DNA from: Tubiluchus corallicola
Taxonomy: Eukaryota > Animalia > Priapulida
Direction of reading: 5' to 3'
DNA: 64,000 bases
Assembly: GCA_030141605.1 (NCBI GenBank)
Contig: JAQGDQ010000039.1
Location: forward strand, 248,001 to 312,000
Shown here: positions 38,001 through 47,200 of the stretch, piece by piece
Layout: each line of letters starts with the position of its first letter
Numbering within the stretch: the first letter of the stretch is position 1
Position numbers and translations under genes: made by a program
Notes under the pieces: generated by a model
The model's input: the letters and a program-made list of their open reading frames with translations, nothing else
Told to the model about the DNA's origin: nothing
Databases searched by the model: none

Positions 38001-38031
38001 ATATGATCTGCACTGCGAAAATAGCGTCCAT
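11832..38031 (-). CDS. Gene B: secreted ZP-N-like/Tyr-repeat/EB/EGF/LDLa x3/EGF/8-Cys protein, about 569 aa
   Basis: 13 phase-compatible exons: 37988-38031, 22766-22854, 21514-22046, 20705-20814, 20259-20317, 19816-19968, 19490-19612, 18263-18343, 15958-16083, 14477-14596, 13875-13997, 12243-12377, 11832-11845 (1710 nt, ends CDGKECE*). Linking exon 1 across the 15-kb intron is inferred from homology and phase. Confidence 0.8.
12243..12377 (-). CDS. Gene B exon 12, EGF-like/8-Cys module
   Basis: [44 protein letters not shown]; 135 nt, phase 1-1. Confidence 0.85.
12550..12888. mobile_element. Inverted-repeat element with hammerhead-like motif (Penelope-like terminal repeat remnant, family 2)
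   Basis: Arms about 12550-12700 and about 12740-12888 are reverse complements. Each carries aac-TTGATGA...GAAA-TA-TC-gtt. A single arm is also at about 41680-41800. Confidence 0.55.
13875..13997 (-). CDS. Gene B exon 11, EGF
   Basis: [40 protein letters not shown]; 123 nt. Confidence 0.88.
14477..14596 (-). CDS. Gene B exon 10, LDLa
   Basis: [39 protein letters not shown]; 120 nt. Confidence 0.9.
15958..16083 (-). CDS. Gene B exon 9, LDLa
   Basis: [41 protein letters not shown]; 126 nt. Confidence 0.9.
16360..16628. repeat. Compound trinucleotide microsatellite (AAT)(GAC)(ACT)n(GCC)n(ACC)n(ATT)n
   Basis: direct inspection; intronic. Confidence 0.95.
16990..17815 (-). mobile_element. Degraded CR1/L2-type LINE RT 3' fragment
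   Basis: [13 protein letters not shown]...[11 protein letters not shown] (YADD-like motif), with frameshifts and stops. Confidence 0.7.
18263..18343 (-). CDS. Gene B exon 8, truncated LDLa-like
   Basis: [26 protein letters not shown]; 81 nt. Confidence 0.85.
18370..19350. mobile_element. About 1-kb non-autonomous repeat-like intronic insertion (second copy at 49510-50480)
   Basis: Internal repeated motif tt(c/t)g(t/c)gactct..g(c)ta(c)t.tagttt; near-identical in B and C; absent from the equivalent intron of gene A. Confidence 0.45.
19490..19612 (-). CDS. Gene B exon 7, EGF
   Basis: [40 protein letters not shown]. Confidence 0.9.
19816..19968 (-). CDS. Gene B exon 6, EB/EGF-like module
   Basis: [50 protein letters not shown]. 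Confidence 0.85.
20259..20317 (-). CDS. Gene B exon 5, linker with RIRR
   Basis: [19 protein letters not shown]; 59 nt. Confidence 0.85.
20705..20814 (-). CDS. Gene B exon 4, ZP-N-like C-terminal part
   Basis: [36 protein letters not shown], with an in-frame 9-bp VNY duplication. Confidence 0.85.
21514..22046 (-). CDS. Gene B exon 3, ZP-N-like domain with Tyr-rich repeat insert
   Basis: [24 protein letters not shown]...(YYDQxxxxYYDR / YYDQPRSK)n...[31 protein letters not shown]. Confidence 0.88.
22766..22854 (-). CDS. Gene B exon 2
   Basis: [29 protein letters not shown]; phase 2-1; ttctag/gtgagt. Confidence 0.78.
25922..26060. repeat. (CT)n(CTGT)n(CTAT)n compound microsatellite
   Basis: direct inspection. 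Confidence 0.95.
26255..30811 (-). CDS. Gene D: small secreted EGF + 8-Cys protein, 103 aa
   Basis: Exons 30766-30811, 28374-28496, 26999-27124, 26255-26271 (312 nt): [103 protein letters not shown]; all splice sites canonical and phase 1. Confidence 0.8.
26999..27124 (-). CDS. Gene D exon 3, 8-Cys module (paralog of B exon 12)
   Basis: [41 protein letters not shown]; 126 nt. Confidence 0.85.
28374..28496 (-). CDS. Gene D exon 2, EGF
   Basis: [40 protein letters not shown]; 123 nt. Confidence 0.88.
29350..29872 (-). mobile_element. Tc1/mariner-like transposon remnant
   Basis: End reads TATACAGGG.TGTCCAGAAAA on the minus strand (mariner-like TIR plus TA); degenerate WPPRSPDLTP-like peptide ([11 protein letters not shown]). 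Confidence 0.5.
30055..30340. mobile_element. hAT-like MITE
   Basis: Degenerate CAGGGCCGGATT-type ends (...aatccagccctg) and internal gcccagggg(c)cc motifs; related pieces at about 6380-6440 and 53330-53386. Confidence 0.45.
30766..30811 (-). CDS. Gene D signal-peptide exon
   Basis: [16 protein letters not shown]|gtacg; strong acceptor at 30828-30829; TATAAAA on the minus strand at 31027-31033. Confidence 0.72.
32250..35450 (-). mobile_element. Degraded CR1-clade LINE (ORF1 end, APE endonuclease, RT), interrupted at about 34280-35080
   Basis: CLINARS (about 35150), RGGGVAIFV and CVYNPPN (endonuclease), [23 protein letters not shown]...[13 protein letters not shown]; many stops and frameshifts. 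Confidence 0.85.
35640..36110 (+). mobile_element. Degraded LINE 3' end (L2/Crack-like)
   Basis: Fragmentary [20 protein letters not shown] and terminal Cys-x-Cys-x2-Cys-like codons. Confidence 0.4.
37134..37215 (-). pseudogene. tRNA-derived SINE head or tRNA pseudogene (Ser/Leu-like)
   Basis: A box GGTGGCCGAGTTG, B box GAGTTCGAATCTC and long variable arm; the acceptor stem does not pair. Confidence 0.6.
37230..37560. mobile_element. Penelope-like inverted terminal-repeat remnant with two hammerhead motifs (family 1)
   Basis: Palindromic arms, each with CCA-CTGATGA-T-stemII-GAAACGTT; AATAAA follows the motif in the plus arm; homologous to 43860-44110 and 57760-58160. Confidence 0.7.
37253..37291 (-). 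ncRNA. Minimal type I hammerhead ribozyme motif
   Basis: CCA CUGAUGA U GACAG-CAAUAGU-CUGUC GAAAC GUU UGG: intact core, 5-bp stem II, 3-bp stem I, palindromic AACGUU stem III. Confidence 0.65.
37988..38031 (-). CDS. Exon 1 (signal peptide) assigned to gene B
   Basis: [14 protein letters not shown] + TT|gtaagtag; homologous to 9386-9429 and 58541-58584. Confidence 0.75.
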
Positions 38032-41000
38032 TCTGCCCTGTGTATTGCTGTTTTCCTGAGTTCGACGTTTGTAATAGAAGGCACTTTTTGTCAATCAAAT
38101 ACTGCTGAAACAAGTTCGACTCAAACTATTGGTCGAAGAATTCGTTAAAGTCGAGACTTTGGATCTGACATCGTAAATAGATGCGAAATTTATTGTAATT
38201 TATGTATTCGCAGGTATAGGTACAGGTTTTTATATTTTCAAAAAATGAGGTCAATGGTACCATTTTGAATTCAAGATGACAGATAAAAAAACTGGCTTTT
38301 TATTTTAGTTTATTCCGGTGAGGTTCCACAACGATCCTTTGCGAGTTCATGGAGCTTTAGGTATTTTCCAAAAGGGCATCCCTTTTTTTTCAAAAGGTAA
38401 TTCCCTCAACCAGAATAACAACAACACTTTCCAAATGAGCAGCGATTTAGGTCGAGCTTTCGACCGACCAAAAATGAGACCTATAAAGTGCAGCCGACTG
38501 TAAATTCATGCAAGTACATTGTTTGCGTTTCTTTGTAAACCGCAACACAAAATATCTACGCGCAGCTAAAACGCTACCACAGTTTGCAAAATGAATAATG
38601 ACAAATTGGCAAATTTGGTATCAAAATACGCAAAAGATATAGCCTGCTAACATTTCACCATCTCACGAAAATTAATTTTTAAATTACAGTAAAACGATGA
38701 TTATATTTTTAGAAAGCTGTGACTGATTTCAAAACGTGTTTCCACGTATTATGTTTATTTATGCTTTTGCCACAAACAATTAATAATTTCGTCATTTCTT
38801 TATAAATACTGTAATATGTGTCCGTAGAATAGCGCTATTTCAAAATAAAAAGCATATAAAACAGTCCAAATGCTTCGAAGCCGATATACACTACTTTACT
38901 ACTTCCAAGCTCCAAAGTGTTTACCATATACGGATAACTTCTCAATTTCATTACAATTATGGCGGCTGACAAGAAATGACTTTTTTGTGTCGATCAAGGT
39001 AGTCGTTTTCTCAAACTCTCAGTCTTTCAACTTTATTATGACAGATTAAAATCGATTTAATTTTCTACTGTTGTAGACCAGTTTTTATTCCAATGTCAAT
39101 AATTTTAGTGTAAGGTTTTTTATTTTTTATTTATTTACTTTATTTTACGTTTATTTCAGAACATAACAAGTACCTTAGAACACTAAAAACTTAATTAAAA
39201 ATCACGTATATATATATATTATGTTGTTGTATAGTATTGCGTCTGAAATAAAAAATTGAATTTAATTGAATTAAATCGAATTAAGTAGTGGTGTCTACTG
39301 CACAGTCCAGCAAACTAATTCGTTATCTGGCAATTGGTCCACGATTTCTTAACTATTGCAATGGTCACTAACGTTTCCTAACACAATAATCTGTTCCCAG
39401 TGGCTGACCTGCTACCTCGATGGTTTGAATCTTTCTATCCTCAGTTCTTATCTTTTATATACAATTTTTAGACATCTATACAGTTGATACAATTTAGGCC
39501 ATTCTGTCAAGATAACTAATGCTATTGAAGCGCTAATTAAAGATTCTTTGGGTTTTGTAGAGACATAGGCACAGATATGCACGGAAGTGCATTGATCTGC
39601 CGTCGGATTCTCGCCGCCAGGGCAGTGGTAATAATACCTGGAAAGTTTGAACCAGAGCTATCGATGGGTGAAAGGCCTCGGTTCGAATGTCACATCTTGA
39701 AATTAGATTACTAAACTAAACGACTGGGACAAATAATCAGACATTAACCAGTTTCAAAAGAGCGGCATAAGACCCGTCCAAGTTAAAAAGTAAAGGTTGA
39801 AACCAGCAGATGTTTAAAACCTGCTAATATTTTGTTATTGTGAAAGAATCTTTATAATTGGATTAAATAAGTTGTTAAGTAAACACAAAACTCCCACCCT
39901 CACATTGACGCCTGAAACAGTTGGACAAGTCCTGGGAGGGCGGGAGTAGGCCTATTTGGTGCTTAAGCCATCACCGGCATCCACTGAACTAAATGTGGCA
40001 CATATTTATAGATTTTGCACAGGTAAGACAGGTAAGTATTTAAATTTAAGCCAATCAGAAAGTAGGATTTGTAAATTCAATGCAGGTAACATTATTACAC
40101 TTTGATTTCCAGGGGTGTTTTTACTCTGCTTTGAAGTAACATACAGGCCGCCTGTTATGTACTCTTGAGTGAGTAAAAGTTTGAACCCAAAACAGGACGA
40201 AACTCAGCCGCGCAACAGTATTAATGACACGCTCAAAATAACTATTTTGCTCAGTGCGTAACTTTGATACGCACTGAATGTTAAGAAAATTGAAGAATGC
40301 TTATTTTTCTTTCTTCCAATTTTGGTATTCTCTTGTTATGTGTTTATGACCACCATGTAATTTAACTGAACTGAACCGTTTTGCGCCCAGGCATCTGATT
40401 TAATAGTTACTTAGTTCAAAATGGTCTGTTACTTAATTACTTACTCAGCTTCTCTTAGTAGAACGGTTATAGGAAAATCTGGTTAATATAAAACGCAGAT
40501 ATATAAGAAAACGTTGCCTTGCATGACGTTATTTAATGCAAGTAAAACCAAGTATATGTACTTTGTTCCAACCAGTATGCGCCATATTGTATTTGGCAAT
40601 GTTTATATGGATAACAAGCTAATTGACTGTAGCAACAGTTAAAAATACTTAGGACATACATTATCATGCGACTACGCTGATGATAAAGATATTGCTAATC
40701 AATTACGTGAGCAAATATGTTGTTGCCAAAATTTCGTTATTTCTCACGTAATGCTAAATCGCGTTTGTTTAGACCTTGCTGTTTTAGTTCCTATTGCAGT
40801 AATCTCAGGCTATTGTATAAAGGTGCCAGTCTAGCAAAATTTCACATTTCGCACTATATTGCCCTCTAAATTTTTTTAACTAAACATATGCGTTTTTTAC
40901 TCTAAGAAACCGAATTTTAAATAGCTGTATGTGATTCTTGCATAGCTGATACAGATATTCAATGAAAGTCATTGTACTTCCAACTACTCAAAATTAACCT

Positions 41001-41399
41001 CTGCATTCAATGTTTAAGCTAACCTGTGCTCCTTTTGTACAATTTTCGTCTTGTGTATATAGTTTTATATCCTGCATCTCTTACTTGTTTTATATATTAC
41101 TTCATCCATTGATTTAAATCATAAAATAAATAAGTAAATAAATTCTTGTTTTCAGTCGTGACGTGGCTTTAGAGGATGCAATTATCAGGGCATAATTGTA
41201 TTATGTAATTGTAATATGGCTATGTAATAATTGTAAAATTAATAAATTTTACAAAAATTTAGCACTTTATGGCAAATTGAGATTAAATATTACATGAAGT
41301 GAGCAGTGTTAGATAAGTGAAGCAACAATTTGAAAATACGTGTTGTTTAACATGGTTTCCCATGATGTGCATTGGGAATGTGTTCCTGTGGATTGGGCC

Positions 41400-41498
41400 G
41401 CTGCCGCATATTAACCCCCTCTCGCCGTTCGTTACACACGCAAAAAACGTTGTAGAGACAGCCAAATATTAAGAATCAGATGGACAAGTATAAACTAG
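41400..41498 (-). pseudogene. Decayed 8-Cys-module exon formerly of gene C
   Basis: Upstream intron is homologous to 12378-12480; in-frame TGA after 7 codons; remnant FACVTNGERGLICGS versus [14 protein letters not shown]; donor lost. Confidence 0.65.
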
Positions 41499-42426
41499 CT
41501 AAAAATAAAAGTAATGTGTGCACAATAACAGTGTAGGCGGTGTAGCACTTTTGACGGCATGGAAAATGGCAGACGTTTCGGCTACTGCTACCCTTTTAGC
41601 AAGTTCACAGACACAGTGTACAATCATTAATCTAACAATGAATCAGCTTAAAATTTGAAGAATGTTGGAGTTTATCCACAATAAAAGTAAAGAGGTGGTT
41701 AATCACAATAAAGTTTATTAGTACTAACGATATTTCGGGACTCCACTGCTCCCTTCATCGAGTTACATAAAATGAATCACATAGAATTCCGGAATGTTAT
41801 TTAAAGACTGTAAAAGCAAAACTTCGTTAACGCTAATACTTTCATGTTTCTAACTGGCCTTTTAGCCTCACAGCGCATGGGCTTCTATGCATACCATTGT
41901 TTGTCAGCCTAATAAACAAACTGTCACAGTTACTTATTTGTCTAGGAGGAATAACAGTCTCAGAAAAAAAAAGAATTCAGAGCGATAGTAGAAGTAATGA
42001 GGAACGTGCACGCCTGATGACTGCTTATAATTCAGTTACTAAACTATGAACAATGAAATGTATTTCACACATAGCAAAATAGAATCACACGATCAATAGT
42101 ATTTGAAATTACAAAAAACTTAGTATAGTGTACAACCTTGTAGTCATTTTTGCACACTCCCCTTACATAATGGAAGTGAAGTATCTAATATGTGTACGCC
42201 TAATGCTATAAATAATGTCCTAAATAAAATGTCGTCATATCCTCTAAATATCGTTAAATAAATTAAAATGTCTATCATTTGTTTCTACTCGTGGTTAGAT
42301 TTTATTCTAAAATTAACTTACGACTCATGCAAAATTGTGACAAGTTTGCAGCATTCGGCATTTGTTCGTTACTTGACATTTATCTTCTGAAAGAAGACAC
42401 ATTATAGCATTTTTGAATTACAATAA

Positions 42427-42569
42427 TTAATTAATAATTAATTGACAAGGAGAACATTGCGTAGCCCCGGAACCTTTGCCACAGCTGCACACGAATTTAC
42501 CGAAATCATCAACTGCACAAGTGCCCCCATTCTCACAAAGATTGTCAATACAAGGATACTGAACTATAA
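42427..42569 (-). pseudogene. Decayed EGF exon formerly of gene C (donor deleted)
   Basis: [33 protein letters not shown]; relative to 13875-13997 the CDMP|gtaag end is deleted and the frame runs to TAA. Confidence 0.65.
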
Positions 42570-43859
42570 CTATAACACAAAAAAAGGAAACACTCACAAC
42601 GTTCAATTTGCGGTTCCCTAATTTAACAGCTGCCCTGGAGTTGGAAAACTATACCACCTTCGGCAGACAGTTAAGAAATGAATCAATTCAGAACAATTTG
42701 TCAACATATTTCATTTTTAATGCTGGTGTTCTTTTTTAATTGCATATTTATGTTATTATAATACCAGTTTAATTTAATGTTTCAAAATTATATTGAATTT
42801 GATATTCCATTAGTAACTCTACATTAGCGTGTCTCGCATGTCAGCCCACAGCAGCAATGATAAGAGTATCCAATAGATTTTTGCAAATTAATGCTGCCTC
42901 GTTGGCGCACATTTTCAAAAGAAATGATGTTTTATACCTAGCATGTAATGCTGAGATAATGCTGTAGTGGCTCTCGTAAGAGGGGGTACCTAAAAACTGG
43001 CTTCAGTGCAATATAGACAAAAAACTCCCAAAAATTAATTTAGTAGTTCCAGCAATTCCTTCTAATTTTTTTTCTTTTTCTATCCTTTTTGTTTACATTA
43101 AAAAGCACTACAGTGATAGTTCGAAACGTTGTGCCCTTTCTTTGTCCTTGTATTCATTCATGGTCACCGTCCTTGTCATTAAGAATTAATCTGTGATCAA
43201 TTTTTTATTGACAAAAAACTGTTTCAATGTAAGTACAGAGCTACAGGTGGCAAAACCGTTGGCAATCTTTTTGGTCATTTCCGATGAAATCTGAAAACAG
43301 GTACTGTGCTGTACTAGACTTCTCTATTTTCGCTGCCTTCATCAAAGCACTGCTGATGACTATTAAAATGTGCATTTCCAAAATCAGCAAGTATTTCAAG
43401 TTAAATTTATTTATTTACAATGTTATTCGGTTATGTTCAAAGTGTTCCAGACAATACAGTTACATTAGTAAACTACATTAGCAAAAAACAAGAAAAACAC
43501 TATATTAAGCCTTATTATGACACTCTCGCACAAAAAATAAAAAAAGAATTAGGTGCTGTACAAATAAACACACTGGCGTGCGCACACACTTGCAACACAC
43601 AACTATAATCTTATCTATGAGAAATTTGTGTAAACTACACTTGTAGCAAAAACACAAACCTTTTACAATTTCAATTTTCCAGCATCTCAAAAAAGAAAAA
43701 CTTTACACTTTGTAAAACATCCTGAAAAACATTTATATGATACCTGTAGACTATTGTCACATGTTTAAGGGAGCATCGTATTTGTGAAAATTATTTTCAA
43801 GTACAATATTTTAGTTTCAGAGCTCAAGTCAATTTATACAGGCACTTCACAACATTTAT

Positions 43860-44110
43860 TATTAAGACAACACAACTTTTATTAAAAACTTTAATTTACA
43901 AGTGTTTAAAAACATGTCTAAACGTTTCGGCAGCAATCAGCTGTCATCATCAGTGATACACTATACAAACAACAACCAATGGTGCACTATTGTATACTAT
44001 GCAAACAACTGGTTGTTGTTTGTATAGTGTACCACTGATGATGACAGCTGATTGGTGTCGAAACGTTTGGACATATTTTTAAACAGTTGTAAATTAAAAT
44101 TATTAACGTT
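43860..44110. mobile_element. Penelope-like inverted terminal-repeat remnant with hammerhead motifs (family 1)
   Basis: Palindrome; plus-strand motif at 44032-44070 intact, minus-strand motif at 43918-43956 degenerate; minus-strand AATAAA at 43878-43883. Confidence 0.7.
44032..44070 (+). ncRNA. Minimal type I hammerhead ribozyme motif
   Basis: CCA CUGAUGA U GACA-GCUGAUUGG-UGUC GAAAC GUU UGG. Confidence 0.6.
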
Positions 44111-44206
44111 ACTATAAATTATTCATTGCGTGTTGGCTTATCCATTTTTTTTCTATATAGTATGATAGTTTACTGATTTCTCTGTGTTGCTCTTCTGCTC
44201 CAATTA

Positions 44207-44229
44207 TTAAGGCGGACCCGGTGCAGGAC
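44207..44229 (-). CDS. Gene C novel terminal exon (CPAPGPP*)
   Basis: ttattgtttctgcag|GT CCT GCA CCG GGT CCG CCT TAA; T|GT supplies the missing 6th LDLa Cys. Confidence 0.65.
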
Positions 44230-47200
44230 CTGCAGAAACAATAAACCGATTTAATCACAATCAACAGCACATAATTAGCTTGACGTCACCATCACCACTT
44301 TTTTAAGTTTCTCTAAATGAGTATATTCTCGACAGAGGCAGCATCTTCAAGACACTAGAAACAATTAATTACAAATTAATTTACGTGGAAATTTTACAAG
44401 CACGTAGTGCTACAAATTAATGCAGGAAGATTTAAAATGCGTTACTAGAATAATCTAACGTTAAAATTTATAGGTTAATTCCATCATAAGGCGCGTATTT
44501 CTATACCATAACAAAGGCAAAGTGTACCTAGACTTACAAGGACCAGGCACTAAAAACAGTGCCAACCTCATTTCATAACGACTGTATGTCGTTTTGCCAG
44601 TGTACAATTCGCCAGTCTATCTTTTCGCCAGTCTATCGCCAGGGCATATTTTCGCCAGTCTCTTTTTGCCACGCTATCTTTTTGCCAGTTTCTATCTTTT
44701 CGCCAGTCTTTTTTTTACCAGGCTATCTTTTTGCCAGTGTAACCGTGACAAACACTGACGACTTAACAGGCCTATATACAGAAGTCACCATAGGCAATTA
44801 GGTATCGACATGGTTTCATTTAAACGCTTTGTGAAAAGAAGATATAAGCCCTACAGAGGCGTGCCATATATCACTGGATTCGCAATGAAGCGAAGAATCT
44901 GATACAGTGCGCCAAAATCGCAAGTTTCGTTTAGCCAAAAAAACGGCAATAAAAAGTATGTCCGGTCGAAAATTTGACATTCAGGATCTGCTGTTATTTT
45001 CGTTCTGCGGTACGCATCTTTTTTCAATAACTCAAAAGCTAGACGTGCTACTCGTCTAAATTTGGTGTGCTTGTAGCTAGAGTAGACGACCACCGCAGCT
45101 TACAATTTCGCGTCGTGGTCCTTTAACCCGCCTAAGTTATGATACGAAAATCGTTAAAATATGTCCACTTTGATAAACTATAACTTCTACAAGAAGCACC
45201 ACCGAACACCATGGCGCCCAAAGTTGATTGTACTATCAATCCTCTATCCAATGATGTGCAAAACAGGGTCCGCCGCCGCAGGGCTGCCACGCTAAGCCCG
45301 TTTTCTGGATCCGTGTTGGTTGGAAATCACTTGTAGAAAGAATGCTTTTAGTTGCACTATTGCACTATTTTCATACATCGATTTTCATATTTGCATTAAC
45401 CTATAAAATTATTGTAAATCTTTTAAAAATATCTTCTAAAAATTTAAAACTAATATCGAACAAAAATTGTAATATTGTAATGTTGAACGGATGGTGCTGA
45501 TTCGCTAGTTCATTTCATGCTATAAAACAAGTTTACAGAAAAGAAAGAAAGATTATTTTTATAGAATAAACTTGCCAGAGTCATCTGTGTTCCATGGTAG
45601 CTCTACGGAACAGGTACTTACACATTTAACACATCTGTCAGTCAGCCAGTTGACCCGACCACACCATTCCATACCAGCTACTTATAGCTGCTATGCAACG
45701 CTGATATGCAATGGCTTCGTAATGGATCGATCCATCACAATGTGGTACTGCGGGTGAAAATAAACAGCACTTCGCCGTCGTAACAATATTAACCACTAAA
45801 CGGTAGAAGTTAAGTAACATCAACGTTAGGTAAATGTAGGTATCGTTAAGAACAGATATTATCGACAGCTCGTATGGGTTATCAGTAACAGATAAGTACC
45901 ATCAGTGTTAGATAAATATCATCAGCAACAGGTAAGTATCATGGGTAACAGGTAAGTATCATCGTTAACAAGCAGCTATCATCTATGTCATACACCATGC
46001 TGACAGATTCTTTTCTGCAAGCAAACTCTATAACAGCTAGACAGCTTAGAGAGGATTTATTGGGCGAACACGGCAGCCAACAATTTCGTCAGTTTGGCTT
46101 CAATCACATGGTATAGTAATGCATAAAAAGGTGACATTGAGCATACAGGTAACATACATATCTGATTTCAAAACAGGTTGGCGTTAATATCATCAAACAG
46201 CTCAACTAAACTTTTACAAGAGATATGGATTCCCAAATTAGGTATTTCGACACCTTCATCTCATATAATAAAGGAAAAATCTCCTTTATGCAATTTGCCA
46301 AATTTCGGTTATTTTCGGGTAAACAAAAAAGAGGAAAAACTTTTAGCACAGCACATCTTATTCTAGGTTTCGTTGCAAATCCAATGATATATGGCACGCC
46401 TCTGTAGGTATATCTCCCGTTCACAGAGCGTTTAAAGGAAACCATGTCGGTTTTTTAATATTGTCCAATATACATTGTATTATACGGACATTTGTTTGAC
46501 GCCATGTAAAACGATAGCGGTTCAGGGTTCGACAGAACGGAGCAGGGTATCGTTCTTTTGTCGAAAGGTTCCTTAGTACAATGGCGAAAAGAGACCGGCG
46601 AAAAGATAGATTGGCGAAAAGATAGCCTGGCGAAAAGATATACAAGCGAAAAGATAGATTGGCAATAAGATAGACTGGCGGGCAAATATAATGGCGGAAA
46701 GATAAGCTGGCGAAAAGATGTACTGGTGAAAAAATAGACTGGCGAAAAAATATACTAGCGAAAAAATGCACTGGCAAAAAGATGCACTGGCGAAAGAAGA
46801 GATAGACTGGCGAAGTGGGCGATTACATTTTATAACGATTAGACTCTAGTTCATGAGCATTGTACGAGGGAAGAGTAAAATGTAAGTACGCAAAGTAAGT
46901 ACTTGATTTAGTCATGAAATCGTTATTCAACTTCACGTGGTCTAATAAGGTTGATGAGAATGAGTTCAGTGAATTGGAGCTGCCACCGCCTCCACTGCCA
47001 ATGCCAGTAGAATCCGTTATTTAACACATGATGTTGATGATATTGCTTGTCCTTGGGATGACGAAGAATAAAATGTACAAAAAGCTACAATAGTGTGATA
47101 CCGATTTCAATATAGAGGCATATGATAACACAATTATAACCAAAAGTAGGTAAGTAGGTCCTCGAAATCGGCCAAAAACTTGTTATCGTTATATGAGGAT

